A stretch of DNA of 64,000 nt from an uncultured Chloroflexia bacterium (GTDB lineage: Bacteria; Chloroflexota; Limnocylindria; Limnocylindrales; CSP1-4), in NCBI GenBank assembly GCA_963837215.1, contig CAWIML010000007.1, positions 459,284 through 523,283 on the forward strand. Reading direction: 5' to 3'. A program made the position numbers and the translations under genes. The stretch's first letter is position 1; each line of letters opens with the position of its first letter. The notes beneath the pieces were generated by a model. It worked only from the letters and a program-made list of their open reading frames with translations, did not search any database and was not told the DNA's origin. Positions 9,888 to 18,789 of the stretch are shown here, one piece after another.

Positions 9888-11570
9888 GTGCTCGCGCCCG
9901 ATGACGCGGAGGTCGAGGCCTATCTCGAGGTGGCGCTCGACGCACCGCCGCCGGACCGTTCGCCAGATGATCGCCCGGCCTCCCTCGACGGCGCCGGCCC
10001 GTCCACGTCCCCTGACTCGGTCGTCGTGCTCGACTTCGGGAGCCAGTTCGCGCAGCTCATCGCACGCCGAGTGCGTGAGCTGAACGTCTACTCCGAGCTG
10101 CTTCCGCATGACACGCCCTGGGCGGAGATCGAGCGGCGCGCCCCGCGCGCGGTGATCCTCTCTGGGGGACCGAAGAGCGTCTATGACGCAGACGCACCCA
10201 AGCCCGACCCGGCCATCTGGGCAGGCCACATCCCGGTGCTGGGCATCTGTTATGGCGCGCAGCTGATGGCGCTCGAGCTGGGCGGGGACGTCGTGCCGAC
10301 AGCCAAGCGCGAATACGGCCCGGCCACGGTCAGCATCACCGCGGAAGACGGCCTCTTCATCGGGCTTGATCGCCAGCAACCGGTCTGGATGAGCCACGGC
10401 GACTCGATCACCCGGATGCCGGAGGGCTTCGTCTCGACGGCCCTGACGGACTCGACGCCCTTTGCCGGCATGGTCGACGCGAGTCGTAACCTCTACGGCA
10501 TCCAGTTCCATCCCGAGGTCGTCCACACGCCGCGCGGCCGGGACGTCCTGCGCAACTTCGTGATCGGCATCGCGGGCGCCCGTCCGACCTGGACACCGGC
10601 TGCCTTCGTGGAGTCGACGGTGGCAGCGATCCGCCAGCGGGTCGATGCCCATGCGAAGGCGACCGGTTCGACGGGCCAGGTCATCTGCGCCCTCTCCGGC
10701 GGCGTCGATTCGGCCGTTGCCGCGGCGCTCGTCCACCGCGCCGTGGGCGACCGATTGACCTGCATCTACGTGGATCACGGCCTCATGCGCAAGAAGGAGT
10801 CCGAGCTGTTGCGGGCGACCTTCGCGCAGAGCCTGGGCATGAACCTGGTCATGGTCGATGCTCGTGCTCGCTTCCTCGCCCGACTGGCCGGGGTCGAGGA
10901 CCCGGAGGCGAAGCGGCGCATCATCGGCGACGAGTTCATCCGCGTCTTCGAGGAAGAGGCGGCGCGGATCGGCGCCATCGACTTCCTGACGCAGGGAACG
11001 CTCTACCCCGACGTCATCGAGTCGACCGCCCCGGAGACGAAGGCGGCCCAGAAGATCAAGACGCACCACAACGTCGGCGGCCTGCCGGCCGACCTCCGTT
11101 TCCAGCTCATCGAACCGCTTCGCTACCTCTTCAAGGACGAGGTCCGAGCCGTCGGCCTCGAGATGGGGCTGCCCGACGCGATCGTCCATCGACAGCCGTT
11201 CCCGGGTCCGGGCCTGGCCATTCGGATCATCGGCGAGGTCACGGCCGAGCGGCTGGAGACGCTGCGCGAGGCCGACTGGATCGTCATCGACGAGATCAAG
11301 GCCTCCGGCCTCTACCGAAGCGTCTGGCAGTCGTTCGCCATCCTGACGCCGGTGCGCAGCGTGGGCGTCATGGGCGACGGCCGGACCTACGCCAACGTCG
11401 TCGCCATCCGTGCCGTGACCAGCGAGGACGGCATGACGGCGGATTGGGCGAAGTTGCCATACGACGTGCTCGGCAAGATCTCCAGCCGCATCGTGAACGA
11501 GGTGCCGGGCGTCAATCGCGTGGTCTACGACATCAGCTCCAAGCCGCCGGCGACGATCGAGTGGGAGTGA
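9888..11570 (+). CDS. guaA: GMP synthase (glutamine-hydrolysing)
   Basis: GATase ([28 protein letters not shown]), ATP-PPase ([10 protein letters not shown]) and canonical C-terminus KPPATIEWE. Start uncertain: GTG 9888 gives a non-conserved extension of about 46 aa, and GTG 10026 is the alternative. Confidence 0.93.
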   Translation: MLAPDDAEVEAYLEVALDAPPPDRSPDDRPASLDGAGPSTSPDSVVVLDFGSQFAQLIARRVRELNVYSELLPHDTPWAEIERRAPRAVILSGGPKSVYDADAPKPDPAIWAGHIPVLGICYGAQLMALELGGDVVPTAKREYGPATVSITAEDGLFIGLDRQQPVWMSHGDSITRMPEGFVSTALTDSTPFAGMVDASRNLYGIQFHPEVVHTPRGRDVLRNFVIGIAGARPTWTPAAFVESTVAAIRQRVDAHAKATGSTGQVICALSGGVDSAVAAALVHRAVGDRLTCIYVDHGLMRKKESELLRATFAQSLGMNLVMVDARARFLARLAGVEDPEAKRRIIGDEFIRVFEEEAARIGAIDFLTQGTLYPDVIESTAPETKAAQKIKTHHNVGGLPADLRFQLIEPLRYLFKDEVRAVGLEMGLPDAIVHRQPFPGPGLAIRIIGEVTAERLETLREADWIVIDEIKASGLYRSVWQSFAILTPVRSVGVMGDGRTYANVVAIRAVTSEDGMTADWAKLPYDVLGKISSRIVNEVPGVNRVVYDISSKPPATIEWE

Positions 11571-11605
11571 CCATCGGGGGACTCCACGACCGGTACCCGC
11601 TGCGC

Positions 11606-11611
11606 TAGCAT
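11606..11611 (+). promoter_or_regulatory. -10-like hexamer TAGCAT, 6 nt upstream of ATG 11618
   Basis: TAGCAT-cccgcc-ATG. The spacer is identical to the one at 38598-38603. Confidence 0.45.
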
Positions 11612-11617
11612 CCCGCC

Positions 11618-12421
11618 ATGAACGAGGAGCGACCACCCACCGCTGAGTCGGCCGACCAGCCGGCCGACGAGTCTGTCGATCCATCGGCCTCGGCGTCCGT
11701 CGATGCGTCGGGCGACGCATCGACCGTCGGTTCCGGCGCGGAGCCGGAGTCCGTGGAAGCGCTCGTCGATGAGCTCGAGACCGTCGCCGAACGGGCGGCC
11801 GCTAGCGACGACGATGGCGACCTTGCCTTCGCGGAGCACCTCGACCCGGAGACGCTTGCCTTTGGAGCTCCGAAACCACTGGCCCTCGTCTGCCAGTGGT
11901 GCAACGGCGCGCTCGAGACCGCCGACCTTGAGGTCTGCCCCCACTGCGGCTCCCGACTCCGGCCGACCGAGGTTGACCTCATCGTGCCCGGTGTCACGAC
12001 CCTCTCGGCGGAGGCTGCGCGAGCGCTCGAGCTGGTCGAGATCCAACGAAATCGCGAGGCGGCCAAGACCGGCCAGGCGATGTACACGACGCCCAGCCTG
12101 GCAACGGCTGCCGCCGTCATTCCTGCCCCCGACGAGGCGACCGTGGAAGCCGCCAACCGCCCGCCGGACGAGGAGGTCCGCCGCGTGATGCTCGAGATGG
12201 AGCTCGAAGCGAGGCAGGCCCGCGCGGTGGCAGCCGCTCGATCCGATATCGAGGCCATGATCGTGGCGGATGCCGCGCAGCAGCAGGAGGCAACCGAAGG
12301 GCCCGACATGCCCGACGCGGAAGCCCAGCCCGATGCCGCAGCTCAGCCGGACGCCGCAGCCGGATCCGCCGATGCCGAGGCGAGCTCGCCGACCGACCCC
12401 GAGGTCGAACCCAGGGCCTGA
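11618..12421 (+). CDS. Acidic zinc-ribbon protein, function unknown
   Basis: 267 aa. Asp/Glu/Ala-rich termini and a central CQWCNGALETADLEVCPHCG ribbon. TAGCAT at 11606-11611 lies 6 nt upstream of the ATG. Confidence 0.6.
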   Translation: MNEERPPTAESADQPADESVDPSASASVDASGDASTVGSGAEPESVEALVDELETVAERAAASDDDGDLAFAEHLDPETLAFGAPKPLALVCQWCNGALETADLEVCPHCGSRLRPTEVDLIVPGVTTLSAEAARALELVEIQRNREAAKTGQAMYTTPSLATAAAVIPAPDEATVEAANRPPDEEVRRVMLEMELEARQARAVAAARSDIEAMIVADAAQQQEATEGPDMPDAEAQPDAAAQPDAAAGSADAEASSPTDPEVEPRA

Positions 12422-12462
12422 CCGACATCGCAGCCGCACCGAAGAACGGTCGGGCTCGCCTC

Positions 12463-12468
12463 TAGACT
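12463..12468 (+). promoter_or_regulatory. -10-like hexamer TAGACT, 6 nt upstream of GTG 12475
   Basis: TAGACT-tcggcc-GTG. Confidence 0.4.
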
Positions 12469-12474
12469 TCGGCC

Positions 12475-12951
12475 GTGGCCAGCCGCCTGCCGACCCCCGG
12501 TCCATCGTTCGCGCGCGAGCGCATCGTGCGCCTGCATGCGGGTCCCACCGACCCCGGCGTGGCCGTGCGCATCGGCTTGAGCCACCCGACCGAAACCGAC
12601 GACGGCTGGTGGTTGGCACACGTCTGGGCCTTTGATGCCGACGGCATCATCGACACGATCTCGATCGCGCCTCGGGCGGGACCGCCGCCGCTGCCCCCGC
12701 TGATGATCATCGGGCCGACGTTCGCGGGCGCCCTTGCGGGGTTGATCGCCGAGGAGGACGGTCGGCGCCTGGTCCGCCTCAAGCTCCATCCTGCCGTGGA
12801 CGAGGGGCGACCCTGGGAACGGCCGTGCATCGTCCAGCTGGCCGTCAAGTGGGACCCGGTCCGGTCGGCCACGATGCGCACCAACGAGCTGGCCGGAGAG
12901 GTGGTCCAGGCCTTCGCACGGGCACTCGACGCCGCTGGCAGCCCGGGGTGA
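12475..12951 (+). CDS. Hypothetical cytoplasmic protein
   Basis: 158-aa ORF. TAGACT at 12463-12468 lies 6 nt upstream of GTG 12475. Its stop overlaps the next start (GTGA). I recognise no motif. Confidence 0.5.
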   Translation: MASRLPTPGPSFARERIVRLHAGPTDPGVAVRIGLSHPTETDDGWWLAHVWAFDADGIIDTISIAPRAGPPPLPPLMIIGPTFAGALAGLIAEEDGRRLVRLKLHPAVDEGRPWERPCIVQLAVKWDPVRSATMRTNELAGEVVQAFARALDAAGSPG

Positions 12952-13847
12952 CGATCGGTCGCCGTCTGGCCGCGGCGCTCGAGGCGGCGGTCTCGGACGC
13001 GGAGTCGTGGCCGATCGGGATGCTCGGCTTCCTGGTCCGGGGTGGCATCGTCGTCCTTGCCCTGCCACTCTTGACCCTGCCAAGCCCGGTCGGCCTGGCC
13101 ACCCTCCTCGGCCCGGCGGTCATCTCGAGCGGTCGCCTCGACGGCCCGCTCCTGTCGCTCCTCGTGGTCTCGAGCCTGGCACTGGTCCTGATCCTGGCCG
13201 TGGCGCTCGTGCTGGCAGCCATCGCTCAGCAGGCTATCCACGCCCGGTGGGGGGTGCGGCCGTCCACCTCACCGCGGGTCGTGGTGCGTCGCCTATCGGC
13301 CGTCGAGCTGCTTGGCCTCGCCCCCATCGCTGCCGTCGTGGCCGTGACCATCTCCGGCGTCGTCGACGAGGTCCGCAACGAGCTGCTGCTGCCGGGCGAC
13401 CTGGCCGTTCCGCTGGTGGCGCGGATCGTGGCCCGCGCGGTGGTCCCGCTCGGTGCGATGGCGGTGGCGATCGTGGTCGCTGAGGCGATCGATGGGACCC
13501 TCGCGCGACGCGTCCTGGTGCAGGATCGAGCGACGCGCAGGCCGTGGAGGGACCTGTGGAGCGTCGTCGCCACGGCGAGCCTCTGCTGGACCGTCACCCT
13601 GGCGGTCCTGCTGCCCGGCCTGGTCGTCATCTCGGCCACTTGGCAGGCGGCCCGCGTGGCGGTGTCCCGGATGCTGAGGCCCGAGACCACCTCGGCAGAC
13701 GCCGTCCTCACGCTCGTTGCAGTGGGGATCATGGTCGCCGCCTGGCTGGGCGTCTTGCTCCTGTGCGGTGTCGCCTCCATCGTCCGCGCGCTTCTCTGGA
13801 CCAGCCGCGTGAGCGCGGCAGGGGACTGGACGGGCGTCGGACACTAG
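12948..13847 (+). CDS. Polytopic membrane protein, function unknown
   Basis: GTG 12948 is in frame with track ORF 12825..13847. At least six hydrophobic helices (GIVVLALPLLTLPSPVGLATLL, VVSSLALVLILAVALVLAAIA, and others). Confidence 0.6.
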   Translation: MTIGRRLAAALEAAVSDAESWPIGMLGFLVRGGIVVLALPLLTLPSPVGLATLLGPAVISSGRLDGPLLSLLVVSSLALVLILAVALVLAAIAQQAIHARWGVRPSTSPRVVVRRLSAVELLGLAPIAAVVAVTISGVVDEVRNELLLPGDLAVPLVARIVARAVVPLGAMAVAIVVAEAIDGTLARRVLVQDRATRRPWRDLWSVVATASLCWTVTLAVLLPGLVVISATWQAARVAVSRMLRPETTSADAVLTLVAVGIMVAAWLGVLLLCGVASIVRALLWTSRVSAAGDWTGVGH

Positions 13848-13851
13848 GGCC

Positions 13852-14701
13852 ATGGAACCTGGGGCTGTGGGATCCCGGGCAGGACGCTGCCCGACGTGCT
13901 CGGCGCCCGTCGAGCCGGACTGGCTGACCTGTCGCACCTGCGGCGCCATCCTGGCCGCGGTCCGACGTCCCGTCTCCGACGACGCACCGCGATCGGCCTC
14001 TTCGGCATCATCGCCCGCGAGCCCACCGTCGCCGACCGGCGAGCCGATGGCGACGTCCGGGGCGGGCGAGGGGGTGCCTGGCTGGCCTCCACCACCCCCG
14101 CCGCCGGCGGAGCCACCCGGGCCGACGACACCCGCCGTGCACACAGCGGCCATTCCTGCCGGCGCCTCGCCGACGGCGGACCCAGAGCTCGGACCCAACC
14201 AGTGGTACTCGTCTCGCTCCGTGGCCGGCGCGCCCGACGCCCCGGCGTCCGTGCCCGAACGCTGAAGAGCCGAAGGCGGGCATCTTCGCCGACCTGCCCC
14301 TGGCCATCCCAGAGAGTGTCGGCGGTCGGATCGCTGCTGTCGGCCTGGCCGTCATCGCCATCGCCTTCTTCCTGCCGTGGTCGCCCCTGCTCCCGGGAAT
14401 CAGCCTCTTCGATGCCTGGGGCTTCAGCCGCAGCAGCCGGATCGTGGTCTTCCTGGTGGACCTGGTCCTCCTCTTCCTGGCCATCCAACCGATCGGCCTC
14501 AGCGCCAGCATCCGCACCGGCTGGCTGCCGACGATCTTCGGCATCTTCGTCGTCGGCGTGTTCTGGGAGCGTGTCGATTCCATCTCGGTCGTCGGGCCGG
14601 GTGCATGGCTCTTCGCCATCGGTGGCCTGCTCGCCTTCGTGGGTGGCCTGATGTCCCTCCTCGGCCGCGGGTCGACGACGTCGGAACCGCCTTCTTCGTG
14701 A
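13852..14701 (+). pseudogene. Zinc-ribbon / Pro-rich linker / membrane protein; frame interrupted as assembled
   Basis: N part is ORF 13852..14265 (CPTCSAPVEPDWLTCRTCG, PPPPPPPAEPPGP). Frame 2 continues without a start codon as EPKAGIFADLPLAIPESVGGRIAAVGLAVIAIAFFLPW..., joining track ORF 14444..14701. Junction about 14255. Confidence 0.6.
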
Positions 14702-14853
14702 AGCCGTCCGTCACGCACGAGCCCGCTGGCACGTCATCCGCCTGCCGGCTCCGACGCTCACGTCGGGGTGCCCTGAAGGCCGCCGACCACCTGCTACACT
14801 CGCGCCGGCCCGCGAGTCCCCGCGTGCGATAGGAGGCCACCCGCCCAGGTCCG

Positions 14854-15465
14854 ATGGAACAGATCCTCGATACGATCGGCGAGTTCTTCCAGGGCATCCT
14901 GGACAACCCCACGGTCCAGCTCGGCTTCCAGCTCATCGCCATCTACGTCGTCATGCTCTGGTTGGCGACGGCGCTCTGGGCCTACAAGGACATGAGCCGC
15001 CGGACGGCCAACCCCATCCTGCCGTACCTGGCAGCTGCCTTCATCGTCGTCTTCACGCCCGTCTTCTTCATCTTCGCGGCCATCGTCTACAAGATCGTCC
15101 GGCCCGGCGAGACGATCGCCGAGGCGAACGAGCGCTCCCTGGCCGAGGAGGCCATGCTCGTGGAGGTCGAGGCGCAGGCGCATTGCGCCAATTGCCACCG
15201 CCGCGTCGAGCACGACTGGATCATCTGTCCGAGCTGCCGCAACCGGCTGCGCCGCGTCTGTCCCAGCTGCAGCAAGCTCGTCGAGCTCGACTGGTCCCTC
15301 TGCGCCTGGTGCGGCAAGGACTTCGAGCGCCCGGAGCTGCTGCGTGACTCGACCACGACGCGGATCCCCGTCCGATCGCGGACTATCGCCGCGGCGACCA
15401 TGGATGATGCTTCGACGGGCGCTTCGCCCGTCGAACCGAAACGGCGGACGGCCAGCTCTCGGTGA
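14854..15465 (+). CDS. Membrane protein with C-terminal double zinc ribbon
   Basis: Two to three TM helices, then CANCHRRVEHDWIICPSCRNRLRRVCPSCSKLVELDWSLCAWCG. GGAGG at 14832-14836. TACACT at 14795-14800. Confidence 0.7.
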   Translation: MEQILDTIGEFFQGILDNPTVQLGFQLIAIYVVMLWLATALWAYKDMSRRTANPILPYLAAAFIVVFTPVFFIFAAIVYKIVRPGETIAEANERSLAEEAMLVEVEAQAHCANCHRRVEHDWIICPSCRNRLRRVCPSCSKLVELDWSLCAWCGKDFERPELLRDSTTTRIPVRSRTIAAATMDDASTGASPVEPKRRTASSR

Positions 15466-16493
15466 CCGAGCCCCGTTCGACGGGGCCTGACGGCGACTCG
15501 CCGGGGGACGACCCGGCGGAGCCCGCGGCGCTCCAGCCACCGGGCGCTGGCACCTTCAGCCTCGACCGCCCGGCCGGCGGCCTTTACCTTGTCGCCTGGC
15601 TGTCCACGGGCGTCGGCTTCGCGACCGTCGTCATCGGACTCCTCGCGACCGCTGGAGGTGGCCGGGAGTTGACCCTCGCTGGGCTCCTGGCGACATCGAT
15701 CGGATTGGTCGCGGCCTGCGGCTACCAGGTCGTGGCGAGGCGGACGTTACGGCCGGAGACCGCCTATCGCGGCCCCTCGCCAGTGCTCGGCTTCTTCGCG
15801 GCTGCGGTGTTGAGCTCGTGCCTGGCCGTGGTCCTCGGGCTGGCGGGACTGCTGGGCGCTGAGTCGGGCAGCGACTTCCTGCTGGGCCTGCTCGTCGTCG
15901 CCGGCGGTTACCTGGTCGTCGTCATCTTCTTCGTGGTTCGCACGGGCGCCCTGTCATGGAGGCAGATGGGCTGGCCGGCGGGCCCCGGGCGGGTCGGGCG
16001 GTTCCTGAGCGATGCCGCCTTCGGCCTCATCGTGACCGTGCCGGTGGTCGTGCCCGTGCTCATCGGCGCCGCCATCCTGGCGACGATCCTCGACGTCCAG
16101 CCCACCGGCCGCATCCCTGTGGTCGAGGGTGCCCTGGCGACGCTGGTCGTGGTCGTCGGCGCCGCGGTCGTGGCACCCGTCGCCGAGGAGGTCTTCTTCC
16201 GCGGCTTCGCCCTGACCGCCTGGCAACGTGACCTTGGCCCGCGAGCGGCCCTGATCCGGAGCTCCGTCTTCTTCTCCCTCGTCCACATCGCCAACGTCGG
16301 CGGCGTGACCTTCGGGGATGCGGCCAGGGAGGCGGTCCTCCAGGTGGCCGTCATCGTGCCGCTCGGTTTCGTCCTCGGCTGGGCCTATCAGCGCCACGGC
16401 ATCGGCGCCTCGATCGCCGGTCACGTGGGCTATAACAGCACGCTGCTCGTGCTGGCGGCGGCGGCTGGGCAGCTCGGCAGCGGGGCGACCTGA
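15462..16493 (+). CDS. CPBP-family (CAAX/Abi) intramembrane metalloprotease
   Basis: Polytopic protein with motifs EEVFFRGF, FFSLVHI and HVGYN. GTGA overlap with the previous gene. Confidence 0.85.
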   Translation: MTEPRSTGPDGDSPGDDPAEPAALQPPGAGTFSLDRPAGGLYLVAWLSTGVGFATVVIGLLATAGGGRELTLAGLLATSIGLVAACGYQVVARRTLRPETAYRGPSPVLGFFAAAVLSSCLAVVLGLAGLLGAESGSDFLLGLLVVAGGYLVVVIFFVVRTGALSWRQMGWPAGPGRVGRFLSDAAFGLIVTVPVVVPVLIGAAILATILDVQPTGRIPVVEGALATLVVVVGAAVVAPVAEEVFFRGFALTAWQRDLGPRAALIRSSVFFSLVHIANVGGVTFGDAAREAVLQVAVIVPLGFVLGWAYQRHGIGASIAGHVGYNSTLLVLAAAAGQLGSGAT

Positions 16494-16699
16494 CGCTCCC
16501 ACCGCCGCCGACCGCGAGGCACGACGACGAGCCGCGATCCCGCGCGCTGCAGGCAGAGACGGGCAAGCCAAAGGGAAGCCGGCGATGAGCGGACCCGCCT
16601 ACGATGCCCTGGCTCTCGGGTCCGGACGGCGGGGGAATCGGCGGGCTCCGTCGTTCGGGCTCGGAGCACCACCGTCCCGCCGGTCGACGGAGGCCTCCG

Positions 16700-17479
16700 A
16701 TGGTGTTCGAACCACCGGGCCTGCCAGCGTTGCGCGCGGACCGACTCGCGGCGGCGCGAGCGCAGCTCCCGCGCCAGCTGCGGACCATCCGGGAGTTGCC
16801 GGCCGAAGATCGACCGCGAGAGCGCCTGGTTGCGCGCGGGGCGGCCGGGCTCTCGAACGCGGAGCTGATCGCGCTCGTCTGGGGCACCGGCTCTGCTGGT
16901 CGGACTGCCCTCGACATGGCGATCGAGGCGCTCGCCACGCATGACGGGCTGGCGGGCCTCGCGACCGCGAGTCGTGTCGAACTGGAGGCCATGCCCGGGG
17001 TCGGTGCCGCACGCGCCGCACGCCTGTCGGCCGCCTTCGAGCTCGGGCGCCGACTGCTTGCCGACTGGCCGACTGGTCGACTCGCTGTCCGCGGCCCGCG
17101 CGACCTCGCCGATCGGCTGATCCTCCAGATGGGTCGCCTCGAGCGCGAAGAGCTTCGGGTCATCCTGCTCAACACGAAGAACGTGGTGCTGTCCGTGGAG
17201 GCGGTCTATCAGGGCAACGTCTCGGCCTCACTCGTGCGAGTCGGCGAGCTCTTCCGGGATGCGGTCCGCCAGCATGCTGCGGGCGTCATCCTCGTCCACA
17301 ACCATCCCTCGGGCGATCCGACGCCGAGCCCTGACGACCTGCACTTGACCGCGGAGGCGGTGGCGGCCGGCCGGCTTCTCGACGTGCCTGTCCTTGACCA
17401 CCTCGTCATCGGGCACGACGCCTACGTCAGCCTGCGCGATCGCGGCATCCCCTTCGACCGCCCTGGCGGAGGTCGGTGA
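16700..17479 (+). CDS. radC: RadC-family JAB-domain protein
   Basis: RPRERLVARGAAGLSNAELIALV (HhH) and the JAMM motif VILVHNHPSGDPTPSPDD. GGAGG at 16689-16693 lies 6 nt upstream of ATG 16700 (internal to track ORF 16604..). Confidence 0.85.
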   Translation: MVFEPPGLPALRADRLAAARAQLPRQLRTIRELPAEDRPRERLVARGAAGLSNAELIALVWGTGSAGRTALDMAIEALATHDGLAGLATASRVELEAMPGVGAARAARLSAAFELGRRLLADWPTGRLAVRGPRDLADRLILQMGRLEREELRVILLNTKNVVLSVEAVYQGNVSASLVRVGELFRDAVRQHAAGVILVHNHPSGDPTPSPDDLHLTAEAVAAGRLLDVPVLDHLVIGHDAYVSLRDRGIPFDRPGGGR

Positions 17480-17531
17480 GTTCCACGGCTCTCCAGCGTC
17501 GGCGAGCCGATCTGCCGCGCCGCGCCCATGG

Positions 17532-17545
17532 GCTAGCGCGCTAGC
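17532..17545. repeat. Perfect 14-bp palindrome GCTAGCGCGCTAGC upstream of mreB
   Basis: Self-complementary over all 14 nt. Lies about 50 nt upstream of the TATACT at 17594. Confidence 0.6.
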
Positions 17546-17593
17546 GCACGAGGGACCGCCCCCGCACCCTCAAAGGCTCGCCGCAGGGGACGC

Positions 17594-17599
17594 GTATAC
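17594..17599 (+). promoter_or_regulatory. -10-like hexamer TATACT upstream of mreB (about 100-nt leader)
   Basis: CGTATACT is shared with the darA and guaB3 elements and lies in the 226-nt radC-mreB spacer. Confidence 0.35.
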
Positions 17600-17705
17600 T
17601 GCACCGGCTCTCCAGCACATCCAGCGCGCGTCCAGCTCCGTCTCGGCCCGCGCGCCGCTCCTCGACGACGAAACTCGCGACTTGCGAAGGACCCATCCCA
17701 TCAAC

Positions 17706-18758
17706 ATGTTCGACGCCCTCCTCGGCCTCTTCTCCCGCGATATCGGCATCGACCTCGGCACCGCAAACACGCTCGTCCACGTCCGGGATCGGGGCATCGT
17801 CATCAGCGAGCCGAGCGTCGTGGCCATCGAGGCGCGGACCAAGAAGGTGCTGGCCATCGGAGCCGAGGCCAAGCGGATGGTCGGGCGCACGCCAGCCAAC
17901 ATCATCGCTGTACGGCCATTGCGCGACGGGGTCATCAGCGACTTCGACGTGACCGAGCAGATGATCAAGTACTTCGTGCACCGTGTACACGACCGGGTCG
18001 GGCTTATCCCGCGGCCACGCATGCTGCTCGGCATCCCGTCCGGCGTCACGGAGGTCGAGAAACGCGCCGTGCGCGACGCCGCCCTCAACGCCGGTGCGCG
18101 CTGGGCGCGCCTCATCGAGGAGCCCATGGCCGCCGCCATCGGTGCCGGCCTGCCCGTATCGGAGCCCTCGGGCAGCCTCATCGTGGACATCGGCGGTGGC
18201 ACCACCGAGGTCGCCGTCATCAGTCTCGGGGGCATCGTCGTCAGCCGAAGCATCCGCATCGGCGGCGACGAGATGGACCAGGACATCGTGACCTACGCCC
18301 GGCGCGAGTACAACCTCCTGCTCGGCGAGCGGACGGCCGAAGATATCAAGATCGCGGTCGGCTCCGCCTACCCTGGTGAGCACGACCAGCAGCACGTCAC
18401 GCTGCGCGGTCGCGACCTCCTGACGGGCCTGCCGCGGGCGGTCGAGATCGGCGCCGACCAGGTCCGCGACGCCATCGAGACCTCGGTCCAGCAGATCGTC
18501 GACACCATCAAGGACACCATCGAGGAGACGCCGCCCGAACTGGTCGCCGACATCATGGACCAGGGCATCGTGCTGGCGGGCGGTGGCGCACTGCTGCAGG
18601 GTCTCGACCGACGCGTGGCCGAGGCGACGCAGATGCCCGTCCACGTGGCCGACGATCCGCTTACCTGCGTCGTGCGTGGTACCGGCATCGTCCTCGAGGA
18701 GCTCGATAGCATGGAGCGCACGCTGGTCGCCGAGACCTACTCGCGGCCTCCGCGTTAG
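17706..18758 (+). CDS. mreB: Rod-shape-determining actin homologue MreB
   Basis: MFDALLGLFSRDIGIDLGTANTLV...EPMAAAIGAGLP...DIGGGTTEVAVISLGG. The start is internal to track ORF 17394... Confidence 0.95.
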   Translation: MFDALLGLFSRDIGIDLGTANTLVHVRDRGIVISEPSVVAIEARTKKVLAIGAEAKRMVGRTPANIIAVRPLRDGVISDFDVTEQMIKYFVHRVHDRVGLIPRPRMLLGIPSGVTEVEKRAVRDAALNAGARWARLIEEPMAAAIGAGLPVSEPSGSLIVDIGGGTTEVAVISLGGIVVSRSIRIGGDEMDQDIVTYARREYNLLLGERTAEDIKIAVGSAYPGEHDQQHVTLRGRDLLTGLPRAVEIGADQVRDAIETSVQQIVDTIKDTIEETPPELVADIMDQGIVLAGGGALLQGLDRRVAEATQMPVHVADDPLTCVVRGTGIVLEELDSMERTLVAETYSRPPR

Positions 18759-18789
18759 CCGACTCGGGACCGTTCGGGAGTCGCCATCG

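Noticed and set aside
9801-11720. 639-aa ORF antisense to guaA. Similar cases are 53103..55670 (855 aa, antisense to the PPIase and mazG), 1182..2594, 17541..18824, 29719..31212, 38610..40073 and 58187..59311.
   Set aside because: These are Arg/Gly/Asp/Pro-rich translations with no recognisable motifs. Each lies exactly opposite a gene with strong homology features. Long open antisense frames are expected at about 70% GC because stop codons are rare.
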